Positions 29,037 to 38,717 of a stretch of DNA of 64,000 nt are shown piece after piece. The position numbers and the translations under genes were made by a program. This DNA is from Candidatus Eiseniibacteriota bacterium (GTDB lineage Bacteria; Eisenbacteria; RBG-16-71-46): assembly GCA_044223005.1 (NCBI GenBank), contig JBGAML010000014.1:59854-123853 (forward strand), written 5' to 3'. The number at the start of each line of letters is the position of its first letter. Position 1 is the first letter of the stretch. The notes below the pieces were generated by a model. That model did not search any database. It had not been told where the DNA came from and saw only the letters and a program-made list of their open reading frames with translations.

Positions 29037-31259
29037 ATGTTCAAGCGCTACGCGCGCTGGCTGCACACGGGGTGGCCCGCGGGGCGCGTGGAGAAGTTAC
29101 CCGAAGTAAGGCCGGACGGCAGCACGGCCGTCCCCGGGCTTTGGATCGCCGGCGACCTGGCCGGCGTCCCGCTGCTCAAGTTCGCGCTCGATTCCGGCGC
29201 GCGCGTCGCGCGCCGTGTCGCGGACGACGTGCGTGCGCATCCGTCGGCCGCGGGCGGCACCGACCTCGCGATCGTCGGCGCGGGCGTCGCCGGCATGGCC
29301 GCGGCGCTCGAGGCGAAGCGGCTGGGGCTCGCGTTCGTGGTGATCGAGGCCGCCGAACCGTTCGCGACGATCGCCGACTTCCCCGCCGGCAAGCCCATCT
29401 TCACCTACCCCGGCACGTTCACGCCCGAGGGCCCGCTCCAGGTCACCGCGCCCACGCGCGAGACGCTGCTCGAGGAACTCCGCGCGCAGGCCATCGCGGC
29501 CGCGATCCCCGTGCGGCCCGGCCGCGCCGAGCGGGTGACGCGCGAAGGCGGCGCGCTCGCGCTCCGGCTCGCGGGCGGCGAGGTCGTGCGCGCGCGGCAC
29601 GTGCTGCTGGCGATCGGGCGCACCGGCGAGGCGCGCCGGCTCGGCGTGCCGGGCGAGGCGGCGCCACGCGCCTACCACCGCCTGCACGACCCGGCGGCGT
29701 TCGCGAACCGCGACGTGCTCGTGGCGGGCGGCGGCGATTCGGCCTGCGAGGCGGCGATCGCGCTCGCCGGCGCCGGCGCGCGCGTGACGCTCGTCCACCG
29801 CGGCCCGCGGCTCGACCGCCCGCGCCCGGAGAACGCCGCCGCGGTCGTCGCGCTCGAGCGCGCGGGCCGGCTCACGCGCGTGGCCGGGGCCACGTTGCGC
29901 GCGATCGGCGCGCGTGACGTCACGCTCTCGGACGGACGCACGCTCGCCAACGACGTCGTGTTCGCGCTGCTCGGCCGCGAAGCGCCGCTCGAGCTGCTGC
30001 GCGCGAGCGGCGTGCCCATCGCGGGCGAGCTGCGGCCGCGCGATCGCATCGCGCTCGCGGCGTTCGTGGCGCTGATCGCCGTGCTCGACGACTGGAAGGC
30101 CGGCGGCCCGCTCGCCGGGCTCGCCCAGCGGCTCGGGCTCTTCCCGTTCGATCTCCCGCACCGGCTCGCGACCGCGGGTGGTGCGCTCGCGACGGCCGCC
30201 GCGGATCCGCGCACGCTGCTGGGGACGCTGGCGATCAGCGCGGCCGCGCCCGCGTTCTGGTTCACGCTCGCCTACTCGGCCGTCGTCGTGACGTTCGGGA
30301 TCGCGCGGATCCGCCGCCGCCGTACGCCGTACGTCACGCTCCAGACCACGGTGCTCGCCGCGGTGCAGGTGCTGCCGCTCTTCCTGCTGCCGGAGGTCCT
30401 GCTGCCGTGGCTCGACCACAATGGCCTGCTGCCGCGCGCGTTCGCCGACGCGCTCTTTCCCGCCGTCACGTACGGGCACGGGCGCGAGTTCTGGCGCGCG
30501 TACGGTTTCGTGTTCGCGTTCCCGCTCGACGTCTACAACGTCTTCACGCCGCACCCGCTCCCGTGGTGGCTCGTCATCGGGGCCCTGCAGGTGTTCGTGC
30601 TGATCCCGCTCGCGGTCTGGCGCTGGGGCAAGGGCGCCTACTGCGGCTGGATCTGCTCCTGCGGCGCGCTCGCCGAGACGCTGGGCGACACCGCGCGCAC
30701 GCGCATGCCACACGGCCCGCGCTGGAACCGCCTGAACATGGCCGGCCAGGTGATCCTCGGGCTCTCGCTGTTGCTGCTCGCGGTGCGCGTCGCGGGCTGG
30801 ATGCTGCCGCCGGGCAACCTCGCCGACCGCTGGATGAGCGGCCCGCTGCTCGCCGGCTGGAAGTGGATCGTCGACATCGCGATCGGCAGCGTGATCGGCG
30901 TCGGGCTCTACTTCTGGTATTCGGGCCGCGTCTGGTGCCGGTTCTTCTGCCCGCTCGCGGCGTGGATGCACGTGCTCGCGCGCTTCTCGCGCTTCGCGAT
31001 CGTGCCCGAGAAGGCGAAGTGCATCTCGTGCAACCAGTGCACGGCGCAGTGCCACATGGGCATCGACGTGATGGCGTTCGCGCAGCGCGGCGCCCCGATG
31101 CGCGATCCCGAGTGCGTGCGCTGCTCGGCGTGCGTCGGCGCGTGCCCGACCGGCGTGCTGCAGTTCGGGAGCGTCGCGGCGAACGGCGCGATCGTCTCTC
31201 TCGATTCGCTGCTGGCCTCGCCCGTCCGCGCGCGCGAGAACGCGCAGCCAGTCGCCTGA
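29037..31259 (+). CDS. TrxR-like FAD/NAD(P) oxidoreductase fused to a NapH/YccM-like membrane domain and 2x[4Fe-4S]
   Basis: PGLWIAGD, IVGAGVAG, GGGDSACE; TM block; CGWICSCG, WCRFFCP; CISCNQCTAQC, CVRCSACVGACP; alternative GTG start at 29028. Confidence 0.85.
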   Translation: MFKRYARWLHTGWPAGRVEKLPEVRPDGSTAVPGLWIAGDLAGVPLLKFALDSGARVARRVADDVRAHPSAAGGTDLAIVGAGVAGMAAALEAKRLGLAFVVIEAAEPFATIADFPAGKPIFTYPGTFTPEGPLQVTAPTRETLLEELRAQAIAAAIPVRPGRAERVTREGGALALRLAGGEVVRARHVLLAIGRTGEARRLGVPGEAAPRAYHRLHDPAAFANRDVLVAGGGDSACEAAIALAGAGARVTLVHRGPRLDRPRPENAAAVVALERAGRLTRVAGATLRAIGARDVTLSDGRTLANDVVFALLGREAPLELLRASGVPIAGELRPRDRIALAAFVALIAVLDDWKAGGPLAGLAQRLGLFPFDLPHRLATAGGALATAAADPRTLLGTLAISAAAPAFWFTLAYSAVVVTFGIARIRRRRTPYVTLQTTVLAAVQVLPLFLLPEVLLPWLDHNGLLPRAFADALFPAVTYGHGREFWRAYGFVFAFPLDVYNVFTPHPLPWWLVIGALQVFVLIPLAVWRWGKGAYCGWICSCGALAETLGDTARTRMPHGPRWNRLNMAGQVILGLSLLLLAVRVAGWMLPPGNLADRWMSGPLLAGWKWIVDIAIGSVIGVGLYFWYSGRVWCRFFCPLAAWMHVLARFSRFAIVPEKAKCISCNQCTAQCHMGIDVMAFAQRGAPMRDPECVRCSACVGACPTGVLQFGSVAANGAIVSLDSLLASPVRARENAQPVA

Positions 31260-31283
31260 GCCGCCAGGCGGTCCGGGTCCGGG

Positions 31284-31329
31284 AAAAAAGACGACGCGCG
31301 GGTCAGGCTGCCTCCTGACCCGCGCGTCG
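31284..31329 (-). terminator. Terminator of the cold-shock gene
   Basis: cgacgcgcgggtcagg-ctgcct-cctgacccgcgcgtcg with an A6 run on + (U tract on minus). Confidence 0.8.
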
Positions 31330-31343
31330 GACCCGTGAGGGGC

Positions 31344-31544
31344 TTAGATCTTGCGGACGTTGCTCGCCTGGAGACCCTTGGGCCCCTTGACGACCTCGAA
31401 CTCCACCCGCTCGCCCTCGGCGAGGGTCTTGAAGCCTTCACCCTGGACGGCGGAGAAGTGGACGAACACGTCCTCGCCACCTTCCTGGGAGATGAAGCCG
31501 AATCCCTTCGCGTCGTTGAACCACTTCACGGTACCGATAGCCAC
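31344..31544 (-). CDS. cspA: Cold-shock protein
   Basis: [40 protein letters not shown] and GTG start. Confidence 0.96.
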   Translation of the reverse strand: MAIGTVKWFNDAKGFGFISQEGGEDVFVHFSAVQGEGFKTLAEGERVEFEVVKGPKGLQASNVRKI

Positions 31545-31752
31545 TGCGGACTCCTTACGTCGGGGAGGTGGACCTCCCGTGTCGAACTTCGCGCCGGTTG
31601 GTCCAGCGCGTATCTGCGGCGTCGGGGCTCCGGGGGGCCAAAGAAAAACAGCCGCGGTCGAATGGCTCCGCAGCTGGCGCGCAACTTCGCGGCAAGACTT
31701 CAGATCCCGGTTCCGACCGCGACATATTGATCGCGGGTCGCAACCGGGTCAA
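31545..31752 (-). promoter_or_regulatory. sigma70-like promoter and long 5' UTR of the csp gene
   Basis: Minus strand TTGACC-17 nt-CAATAT about 180 nt upstream of the start; long UTRs are typical of csp genes. Confidence 0.5.
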
Positions 31753-31979
31753 GCGCCGTTTCTCACGGGCGGCACGAGCGCAGGCGGCCGCCCGACGGGC
31801 GCAAACGCCGTTCGGGCCGTAGAAACCGGTTACATTGCCGCGCGGGCCGGACCCGGGCAGCCGCGAGCGCTGGTCGCGTGGCCGCCCCGGGCGCCTTCCC
31901 CGCCGGGAGTTCGCCCGCCCGAACGCCGGCGCGGCGCGCGGGGTCGCCCCCGCGCGCCGCGTCGGTCGTCGCGCTCGCG

Positions 31980-32483
31980 CTATTTCACGTCGAGCAGCTG
32001 CACCTCGAACACGAGCGTCGCGTTGGGCGGAATCACGCCGCCCGCGCCGCGCTGGCCGTAGCCGAGTTCGGAGGGGATCGTCAGCTTGCGCTTGCCGCCG
32101 ACGCGCATGCCCTTCACGCCCTCGTCCCAGCCTTCGATCACCTGGTGCTGGCCGAGCACGAAGCTGAACGGCGAGCCGCGATCGAGCGAGCTGTCGAACT
32201 TGGTGCCGTCGGTGAGCCAGCCCGTGTAGTGCACCACCGCCGTCAGGCCGGGATCGGCTATCTTGCCGTCGCCGACGACGAGGTCCTCGTACTGGAGGCC
32301 GCTCGCGAGCTTGTGCACCTTCGCGGGGTTCGTGGCCGTGGGCGCGGCGGGCGCAGCCGCCTCGGTGCCGGCCGCCGGGGCCGGGGTGGCCGAGCCGGCG
32401 GTCCCGGCCGGCGGGGTCTTGCAGCCGGCGGCGGCGACGAGAGCCAGCACCGCGAGCAGGGCGAGCAGGGAATGACGCTTCAT
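31980..32483 (-). CDS. FKBP-type peptidyl-prolyl isomerase, probable lipoprotein
   Basis: Lipobox-like [45 protein letters not shown]. Confidence 0.95.
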   Translation of the reverse strand: MKRHSLLALLAVLALVAAAGCKTPPAGTAGSATPAPAAGTEAAAPAAPTATNPAKVHKLASGLQYEDLVVGDGKIADPGLTAVVHYTGWLTDGTKFDSSLDRGSPFSFVLGQHQVIEGWDEGVKGMRVGGKRKLTIPSELGYGQRGAGGVIPPNATLVFEVQLLDVK

Positions 32484-32709
32484 TGCGGGTTCTCCTCGGG
32501 AGTCGTTCGGTACCGCTGGGAAGGCCCGGACGCTCGCACATGCCGGGGCGCCCGACAAGCCCCCGGGAACCCATTCCCGACTCGCCGGAATCCCGGTCAA
32601 GCCCTTCCCCCGAACGGCCGAAAACCCGGGAGAATCGCCGACGGAGCACCCCGGCCCCGTCGGGTCGCCCGTTCGGGCCGCCGGGGCCTCACGGTCACAG
32701 GAGCATTCC

Positions 32710-33378
32710 GTGGAAATCCAGAACCTCGTCGTCGCTCGCTACGTCGATGGACGCGTCCTCAAGGGCACGACGCGCGATTTCGCGCCGAACCGCCCGAGCT
32801 TCCACGTCGAGGTCGGCAGCACGCGCGAAGTGATCGAAGTCCGCACGAAGCAGCTCAAGGCGGCCTTCTTCGTGAAGTCGTTCGAGGGCGACCCGCAGCG
32901 CGATGACGTGCGCGGCTTCCTCGAGGCGCCGCAGGAAGTCTCGCAGGGCCGCAAGATCGCCGTGCGATTCAAGGACGGCGAGTTCGTCTGCGGCTACACG
33001 ATGTCCTGGTCGCCCGATCGCGAGGGCTTCTTCATGTTCCCCGCGGACCCGGGCAGCAACAACGACCGGATCTACGTGATCACCTCGTCCACCGTCGAAG
33101 TGAAGGCCGGCCTGCAGGCCGAGGCGCTCGCGCAGCGCATGCTCGCCGCCGACGCCGCGCGCGGCGCGGCCGCGCCCGCGACCGGCCCCGGCAACGCGGT
33201 CACCCCGCGCCCGTCCGCGATCGCGCCGCGGCCGAGCGGCGTGTTCCCGCGGCCCTCGGGCGTGATGCCGCGCCCCTCGACCGCGATGCCGCGCCCGAGC
33301 GGCGTGATGCCGCGGCCCTCGAGCATCGGCCCGCGTCCGCAGGGCCTGCCGCCCAACCCGCCCGACGACAAGCGCTAG
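32710..33378 (+). CDS. Hypothetical protein with two short beta-domains (DUF6982-like) and a PRPS heptad-repeat tail
   Basis: [55 protein letters not shown]. Confidence 0.8.
   Translation: MEIQNLVVARYVDGRVLKGTTRDFAPNRPSFHVEVGSTREVIEVRTKQLKAAFFVKSFEGDPQRDDVRGFLEAPQEVSQGRKIAVRFKDGEFVCGYTMSWSPDREGFFMFPADPGSNNDRIYVITSSTVEVKAGLQAEALAQRMLAADAARGAAAPATGPGNAVTPRPSAIAPRPSGVFPRPSGVMPRPSTAMPRPSGVMPRPSSIGPRPQGLPPNPPDDKR
33202..33348 (+). repeat. Seven tandem 21-bp coding repeats (xPRPSxx)
   Basis: [49 protein letters not shown]. Confidence 0.9.
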
Positions 33379-33403
33379 AGCCGCTTCACTGCCCGAAGCA
33401 CGA

Positions 33404-33434
33404 ACGCCCACCGTCCGGTGGGCGTCTCGTCTTT
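33404..33434 (+). terminator. Terminator hairpin
   Basis: acgcccacc-gtcc-ggtgggcgt followed by ctcgtcttt. Confidence 0.55.
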
Positions 33435-33450
33435 CGGCGCGTCGCTCGCT

Positions 33451-33549
33451 CTAGCGGGCCTTCTTCTTCGCAGCCCGCGCCTTGTTCTTCTTCTTCTGGC
33501 TGCTGAGCTTGGCGCGCTTGCGGCGCAGGCGGTGCTTGTAGCTGGTCAT
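33451..33549 (-). CDS. 32-aa highly basic small protein (not in ORF track)
   Basis: MTSYKHRLRRKRAKLSSQKKKNKARAAKKKAR*; GGGAG RBS; every Lys is AAG, consistent with host codon bias. Confidence 0.7.
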   Translation of the reverse strand: MTSYKHRLRRKRAKLSSQKKKNKARAAKKKAR

Positions 33550-33655
33550 GGCGCTCCCGTGAGGCGTTCTGGACGCGCCACCACGGCGCGCAGCCGCAGA
33601 CTGTAGCCGGTCGCGGCGGTGGCGCGCAAGCGCCCGCCGCGCGCCCCGGCGCGCG

Positions 33656-34411
33656 TCAGTGCGCTGTCGCGCGCAGCCAGCGCACGTAGGCCCAGAGCGT
33701 GTCCACGTCCGCGGGCGTGGCGTGCCGCTCGTACGCGGGCATGTGCACCGCCGCTCGCCGCAGGAAGAAGCGCGCGGCCGGGTTGGTGCGGAAGCGCTGG
33801 CTCACGCCCTGCCCCACCCATTCGCCGAACTCGCGCCGATCACGCACCAGTTCCGGGAAGTCCCTCCCGTCCCACGCCGGGACGTAGCCTTTCAGCGAGC
33901 CGGGATTGCGCGGCGAGAGCCGGCCGCCCGGGCCGTGGCAGCCGACGCAGCCCAGGGCTTCGGCCTTCGCGAGCCCCGCCGCGGCCATCGCGTCCTCGGG
34001 CTCCGGGTTGCCGGCGCAGGCGTTCACGTAGGCGACGAGATCGTCGACCTGCCGCGCCGACAGCACGCGCCCGAACGCCGGCATGCGCAGCGCCCCCTTC
34101 GCACGGTCGGCGCGCCACGACTCGCTCGCCGCGCGGCGCTTCGGGACGCCGTCGCGGATCCATTCGCGCAGGTCGTCGTCGTTCTTCGCATACATCATCA
34201 CGTCGCCGAACCAGCCTGGGACGGTCTTGTCCGGGCGGCCGTGGTTGGCGATGCCACCGGTGCCGCCGGGACCGTGGCACGTGAAGCAGCCCCAGCGCTC
34301 CGCGAGCCGCTGCCCTCGCTCGGCGGGCGTGAGCCGCGCGCGCGCGACGATCGCCCACGTCACGAGGACGCAGGCGATCAGCACGAACAGGACGCGGGCG
34401 AGCGCGCGCAC
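33656..34411 (-). CDS. Membrane-anchored or periplasmic diheme cytochrome c
   Basis: N-terminal hydrophobic helix; CFTCH and CVGCH, each followed by a distal MPA Met ligand; start may be 34444. Confidence 0.85.
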   Translation of the reverse strand: MRALARVLFVLIACVLVTWAIVARARLTPAERGQRLAERWGCFTCHGPGGTGGIANHGRPDKTVPGWFGDVMMYAKNDDDLREWIRDGVPKRRAASESWRADRAKGALRMPAFGRVLSARQVDDLVAYVNACAGNPEPEDAMAAAGLAKAEALGCVGCHGPGGRLSPRNPGSLKGYVPAWDGRDFPELVRDRREFGEWVGQGVSQRFRTNPAARFFLRRAAVHMPAYERHATPADVDTLWAYVRWLRATAH

Positions 34412-34461
34412 CGGAGACGCGACGGCGCGCGTGCCGTGGGGCACGCGCCGGAGGCGATTTC

Positions 34462-34878
34462 CTACTGGGTCGCGCCGACCAGCTTGGCGCCGGTGACGTC
34501 GATGCCGGTGACCCCGCCGCGTGCGTTCAACGTGCCCGTCACCTCGGCGATCGAGCCGGCCATGCCCTTGAGCGCGTTGTACGGATCGGCGTTGTCGTGG
34601 TTCGGCGTCAGCAGGATCGCCTTGCCGTCCACCATGAGCATGATCGGCATGCCGTTGGAGGCGCACTTGAGCGCGCAATCCTTGTGCTTCGCCCCCATGG
34701 CGCCGTGGCCGAGGTAGCAGCCGGCGTCGAGCACTTCGCCCTTCCACGTGCCCGCCTTGCCGCCGCCCATCGCGCCGCCCATCGCGGCCTTGGCCTTGCC
34801 CTGGCCCGCCGCGGCGAAACTGACCGCCGCCACGGTGACGAGCGCCAGCGTGAGCACGAGAACGAGAAGTCGCTTCAT
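34462..34878 (-). CDS. Small secreted Cys/His-motif protein
   Basis: Signal peptide; GEVLDAGCYL...HKDCALKC; V.GTL..RGG; GGAGG RBS. Confidence 0.8.
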   Translation of the reverse strand: MKRLLVLVLTLALVTVAAVSFAAAGQGKAKAAMGGAMGGGKAGTWKGEVLDAGCYLGHGAMGAKHKDCALKCASNGMPIMLMVDGKAILLTPNHDNADPYNALKGMAGSIAEVTGTLNARGGVTGIDVTGAKLVGATQ

Positions 34879-35023
34879 GGCATTCCTCCGGAGGATGGAT
34901 GGATTCCGCGCCGCGCGACGCGGACGGAGCATTGCGACCCGAACGAGAACGGCGCCGGGGGCACCGGTGTGACGCCACGAGCGCGCGTGGGGCGCGCGGA
35001 TACGGCCGAATGCGGCCGAAGTG

Positions 35024-35752
35024 CTAGGTGAGCTCGATGTGCTTCAGGTCGAGCGGCACGTACAGCCCTCCGCCCTGGCCACCGAACCACTCGTTGCCCT
35101 TGCGCAGCGCTTCCGACGGCACGTCGACCACGGGCAACCCGAGCTGGTCTGTCGCGGCGATCCGCGGCGTCGTGGGCAGCGCGTAGCGTTCGCTCGCGAG
35201 GTAGTCCTCGAACTCGTCGAGCGTCCACGCGAACAGCGCGTCGACGTCCCAGATGAGCTGCACCTCGCGGCCGCGCAGCAGGTCGGGCGGATCGTCCGGA
35301 CCGGCGGACTTGAGGGTGCCGACGGCGCAGCAGTCGCAACCGAACCAGAAGTCGAGCTCGCCCGCGAGCACCAGGTTCTCGGTCACCCGGCCCTCGGTCG
35401 GCGCGTCGCGCCAGACGTTGCCCAGCAGCTCGGAGATGGCGAAGAGGTAGCGCAGCAGCGCGCGCGGGTCGTCGGAGGCGGCACCCCGCAACCCGGACGC
35501 GAGCACGCGCAGGTTGCGGATGGCCTCGAGGCGCACCCACGGCGAACGGCGGTTGGCCAGCGCGGTCAGGTTGTGCAGCGCGCCGTCCATCCGCTCGCGC
35601 ACCACCGACAGCAGCTCGTCGAACGTCCCGGCGCCCTTGTCGAGGAACTCGACGTTGCGCCGCATCGCCTGGTTCAACGGCAGGTAGGCCGCGCGCAGCG
35701 TGGCCCAGTCTTCCGTCAGTCGTTGTTTGGCGATGACGTCCCAATCGGCCAT
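35024..35752 (-). CDS. Hypothetical protein
   Basis: GAGGAG RBS; MADWDVIAKQRL...; CDCC motif; TATACT -10-like hexamer upstream. Confidence 0.75.
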   Translation of the reverse strand: MADWDVIAKQRLTEDWATLRAAYLPLNQAMRRNVEFLDKGAGTFDELLSVVRERMDGALHNLTALANRRSPWVRLEAIRNLRVLASGLRGAASDDPRALLRYLFAISELLGNVWRDAPTEGRVTENLVLAGELDFWFGCDCCAVGTLKSAGPDDPPDLLRGREVQLIWDVDALFAWTLDEFEDYLASERYALPTTPRIAATDQLGLPVVDVPSEALRKGNEWFGGQGGGLYVPLDLKHIELT

Positions 35753-35907
35753 GAAACTCCTCCTCTGTCCGGTCTGGCCCGGTCGAGCCCGGGGGCTCTC
35801 CCACGGCGGTTCCGCAGTATATCGGCGGGTTCCACGAGGGTCCAACCCCGCACTCCGGTGGATGCACGCCGGCGTCCGGAGGTGGTCCCCGAGTCGCAAA
35901 CTCGCCG

Positions 35908-36981
35908 TCAGGGAACCTCGACCACGACCCGCGTGCCGCCCGAACTGGACGCGCGTGCCGCGTCCAGGGCCGCCTGCACGGGGACCGCATCGGCGGCGAA
36001 GCCCGGCACGAGCGGCTCGCCGCGATCGATCGCGGCGTGAAAGCGCTCGACCATCATGCGGAACGGCGCGAGCAGCGCCGGCTCGCCTTCGCGGCGCTCG
36101 AGCCGGAACGCGTCCGGGATCGTCACCTCTTCGACGTCGCGGCCCGGGGCGATGCGCCACAGGTTCCACCCGGCGTCGTCCCAGCGCAGCGTCGCGTCCT
36201 CGCCGTGGATCTCGAAGCGCTCCCAGCGGTACGGCGCGCACGCCGAGAGATCGACGAGCGCGGTGGCGCCGCCCTCGAAGTCGTACTGCAGCGTGCACGC
36301 GTCGTCGGCCGTCGCGATCCCCGTGGGGCCACCGGGTTCGACGGGCCCGCGCCGCGGCTGGTCGACGCGCACGGTGGCGAGCACGCCGCGCGGCTCGCCG
36401 AAGAACGTGCGCAGGCAGTCGGTGTGATGCGAGCCGAGCGCGCCGAGGATGCCGCCGCCCTTGCTCGCGTCGGAGAGCCACGTCATGCCGCGCGACTCGG
36501 GGCGCACCCAGAGCGGGTAGCGGCCCAGGATCTCACCGCGGCGCGGCCGCCCGATCGCGCCCTGCTTCACGAGCTCGAGCGCGTACGCCCTCGCGGGCAG
36601 GAAGCGGAACTCGTGGTTGATGCCGGCGACCTTGCCCGCCGCGCGTGCGGCGTCGCGCATCTCGGCTGCCTGCATGCGGTGCATGGCGGTGGGTTTCTCG
36701 CACAGGACGTGCGCACCGCCCGCGAGCGCGGCCATCATCATCGGGTGGTGCAGGAAGACGGGCGTCGCGATCGCGACCGCGTCGGGCTTCTCGCGCTCGA
36801 GCAGCTCGCGCCAGTCGGCGTAGGCGCCCGGCACCCCGAGTTCGCCGGCGATGCGCTGCGTCTTCGCGGCGTCGCTGCCTGCGAGCGCCACCAGTTCGAA
36901 CCCCGGGTGCTGCTGGAAGCCCGGCGCGTGCACCATGCGGGCGAAGGACGTGCCGAGCAGCGCGACGCGGTAGCGCTTCAT
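35908..36981 (-). CDS. Gfo/Idh/MocA family oxidoreductase
   Basis: IATP..LH, HVLCEKP, NHEFRF, GGILGALGSH..D. Confidence 0.92.
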   Translation of the reverse strand: MKRYRVALLGTSFARMVHAPGFQQHPGFELVALAGSDAAKTQRIAGELGVPGAYADWRELLEREKPDAVAIATPVFLHHPMMMAALAGGAHVLCEKPTAMHRMQAAEMRDAARAAGKVAGINHEFRFLPARAYALELVKQGAIGRPRRGEILGRYPLWVRPESRGMTWLSDASKGGGILGALGSHHTDCLRTFFGEPRGVLATVRVDQPRRGPVEPGGPTGIATADDACTLQYDFEGGATALVDLSACAPYRWERFEIHGEDATLRWDDAGWNLWRIAPGRDVEEVTIPDAFRLERREGEPALLAPFRMMVERFHAAIDRGEPLVPGFAADAVPVQAALDAARASSSGGTRVVVEVP

Positions 36982-37193
36982 CTTCGAGATCCCCCCAACG
37001 TGGACTCCCCGGAGCGAACGGCGGCGCGCGCAGGATGCGCGGCCGCTCCGCGCGCGTCAACGCGCCGCCGCAGGATGGACGCGGCGTCCGCGCGCACCAG
37101 CGCCGCCTCCCGCGCCCGGTCACTGTGCTACGTTTCGCGGGTCGACTGCCGGGCCCCATCATCGCATTCCCGTCGAGCTCCCGGAGGCATTCC

Positions 37194-38312
37194 ATGCGCG
37201 ATCCGCGCACGCAGAAACTGGCCGAAATCGTCATCCGTCACTCCACCAAGCTCGCTGCCGGCGAAGCGATCCTGATCGAGGCGTTCGACCTCGCCGACGG
37301 GCTCGTGCTCGACCTGGTCGAGGAGGCGCAGAAGGTCGGCGGCATCCCGATCGTGGCCGTGCGCGACAACGCGGTGATCCGGGCGCAACTCCGCGGCGCG
37401 ACCGAGGCGTCGCTCAAGGTCCAGGCCGAGATCGAGCTGCACCAGATGAAGCAGGTGCAGGCGTACGTCGGCCTGCGCGCGTCGAACAACGTCAGCGAGC
37501 TCTCCGACGTGCCCGGCGAAAAGATGTCGTTGTTCCAGCAGATGGTCGCGCAGCCGGTGCACCTGACCTACCGCGTGAACAACACCAAGTGGGTGGTGCT
37601 GCGCTACCCCAACGCGGCCATGGCGCAGCTCGCCAACATGAGCACCGAGGCGTTCGAGGACTTCTACTTCCGCGTCTGCAACGTCGACTACCAGCGCATG
37701 CGCGACGCCATCGTGCCGCTGCGCGAGCGCATGCTGAAGACCGACAAGGTGCACCTGAAGAGCCCGGGCACCGACCTGCGCTTCAGCATCAAGGACATCG
37801 GCGTCATCTCGTGCCACGGCGAGCGGAACATCCCCGACGGCGAGTGCTTCACGGCGCCGGTCAAGAACTCCGTCGAGGGCACCATTCGCTACAACACGCC
37901 GTCGGTCTACCTGGGCACCACGTACGAGAACCTCGAGTTCACGTTCGAGGGCGGAAAGATCGTCAAGGCCACGGGTTCGCCGCAGGACAAGCTCGAGCAG
38001 CTGCTCGACTCGGACCCGGGCGCGCGCTACATCGGCGAGTTCTCGCTCGGTTTCAACCCGCACATCCTGAAGCCGATGAAGGACACGCTCTTCGACGAGA
38101 AGATCGCGGGCTCGCTCCACTTCACGCCCGGCCAGTGCTACGAGACGACCGAGAACGGCAACCGCTCCAAGGTGCACTGGGACCTGGTGCTGATCCAGCG
38201 CCCGGAGTACGGCGGCGGCGAGGTCTGGTTCGACGGCGAGCTGATCCGCAAGGACGGCCGCTTCGTCGTGAAGGACCTCGAGGGCCTGAACCCCGAGAAC
38301 CTCTCGCGCTGA
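37194..38312 (+). CDS. Aminopeptidase, M29 (AmpT/AmpS) family
   Basis: MRDPR..KLA, NIPDGECFTAP, GEFSLG, LFDEKIAGSLHFTPG, NRSKVHWDLV. Confidence 0.95.
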   Translation: MRDPRTQKLAEIVIRHSTKLAAGEAILIEAFDLADGLVLDLVEEAQKVGGIPIVAVRDNAVIRAQLRGATEASLKVQAEIELHQMKQVQAYVGLRASNNVSELSDVPGEKMSLFQQMVAQPVHLTYRVNNTKWVVLRYPNAAMAQLANMSTEAFEDFYFRVCNVDYQRMRDAIVPLRERMLKTDKVHLKSPGTDLRFSIKDIGVISCHGERNIPDGECFTAPVKNSVEGTIRYNTPSVYLGTTYENLEFTFEGGKIVKATGSPQDKLEQLLDSDPGARYIGEFSLGFNPHILKPMKDTLFDEKIAGSLHFTPGQCYETTENGNRSKVHWDLVLIQRPEYGGGEVWFDGELIRKDGRFVVKDLEGLNPENLSR

Positions 38313-38328
38313 GCCCCTGCCGGAAACG

Positions 38329-38363
38329 CGAACGGGCGGGCCGCGACGCGGCCCGCCCGTTCG
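38329..38363. terminator. Long hairpin between convergent genes
   Basis: cgaacgggcgggccgcg-a-cgcggcccgcccgttcg (17-bp arms). Confidence 0.65.
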
Positions 38364-38375
38364 TCGTTCGTGCGC

Positions 38376-38717
38376 TCAGGCGCCGGCTTCGGTCGGGAGC
38401 CCGGCCGCGATCCAGCCGCGGATGCCGGCCGAGAGCACGCGCACGTCCGTGTGGCCGAGCGCGCGAGCCCGCTTCGCGGCGGTCGGTGCCTTCCGGCAGA
38501 GCGGGTTCGAGCAGTAGAAGACGAGCGTCGCCGCCTTGTCGGCGGGCAGGTCGGCGGCCGCGAGGCGTTCGGGATCGAGGTGCGCCGCGCCCGGCACGTG
38601 CGCCGCGTTCCAGCTCACGGGCGCGTTCACGTCGAACGCGTGCGCGCGGCCCTCGCGCATCAGCGCCTGCAGTTCGGCGGGCGACACGGTCGGCAGGCCC
38701 ATCAGTCGCGCCATCAT
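38376..38717 (-). CDS. Rhodanese-like domain protein
   Basis: AHVPGA, LVFYCSNPLC, L.AGIRGW..AGLP; ATGA overlap with upstream gene. Confidence 0.88.
   Translation of the reverse strand: MMARLMGLPTVSPAELQALMREGRAHAFDVNAPVSWNAAHVPGAAHLDPERLAAADLPADKAATLVFYCSNPLCRKAPTAAKRARALGHTDVRVLSAGIRGWIAAGLPTEAGA

Noticed and set aside
33202..33348. 21-bp tandem repeat as a mini-CRISPR or non-coding VNTR
   Set aside because: It is in frame within a CDS, has synonymous variation and has no spacers.
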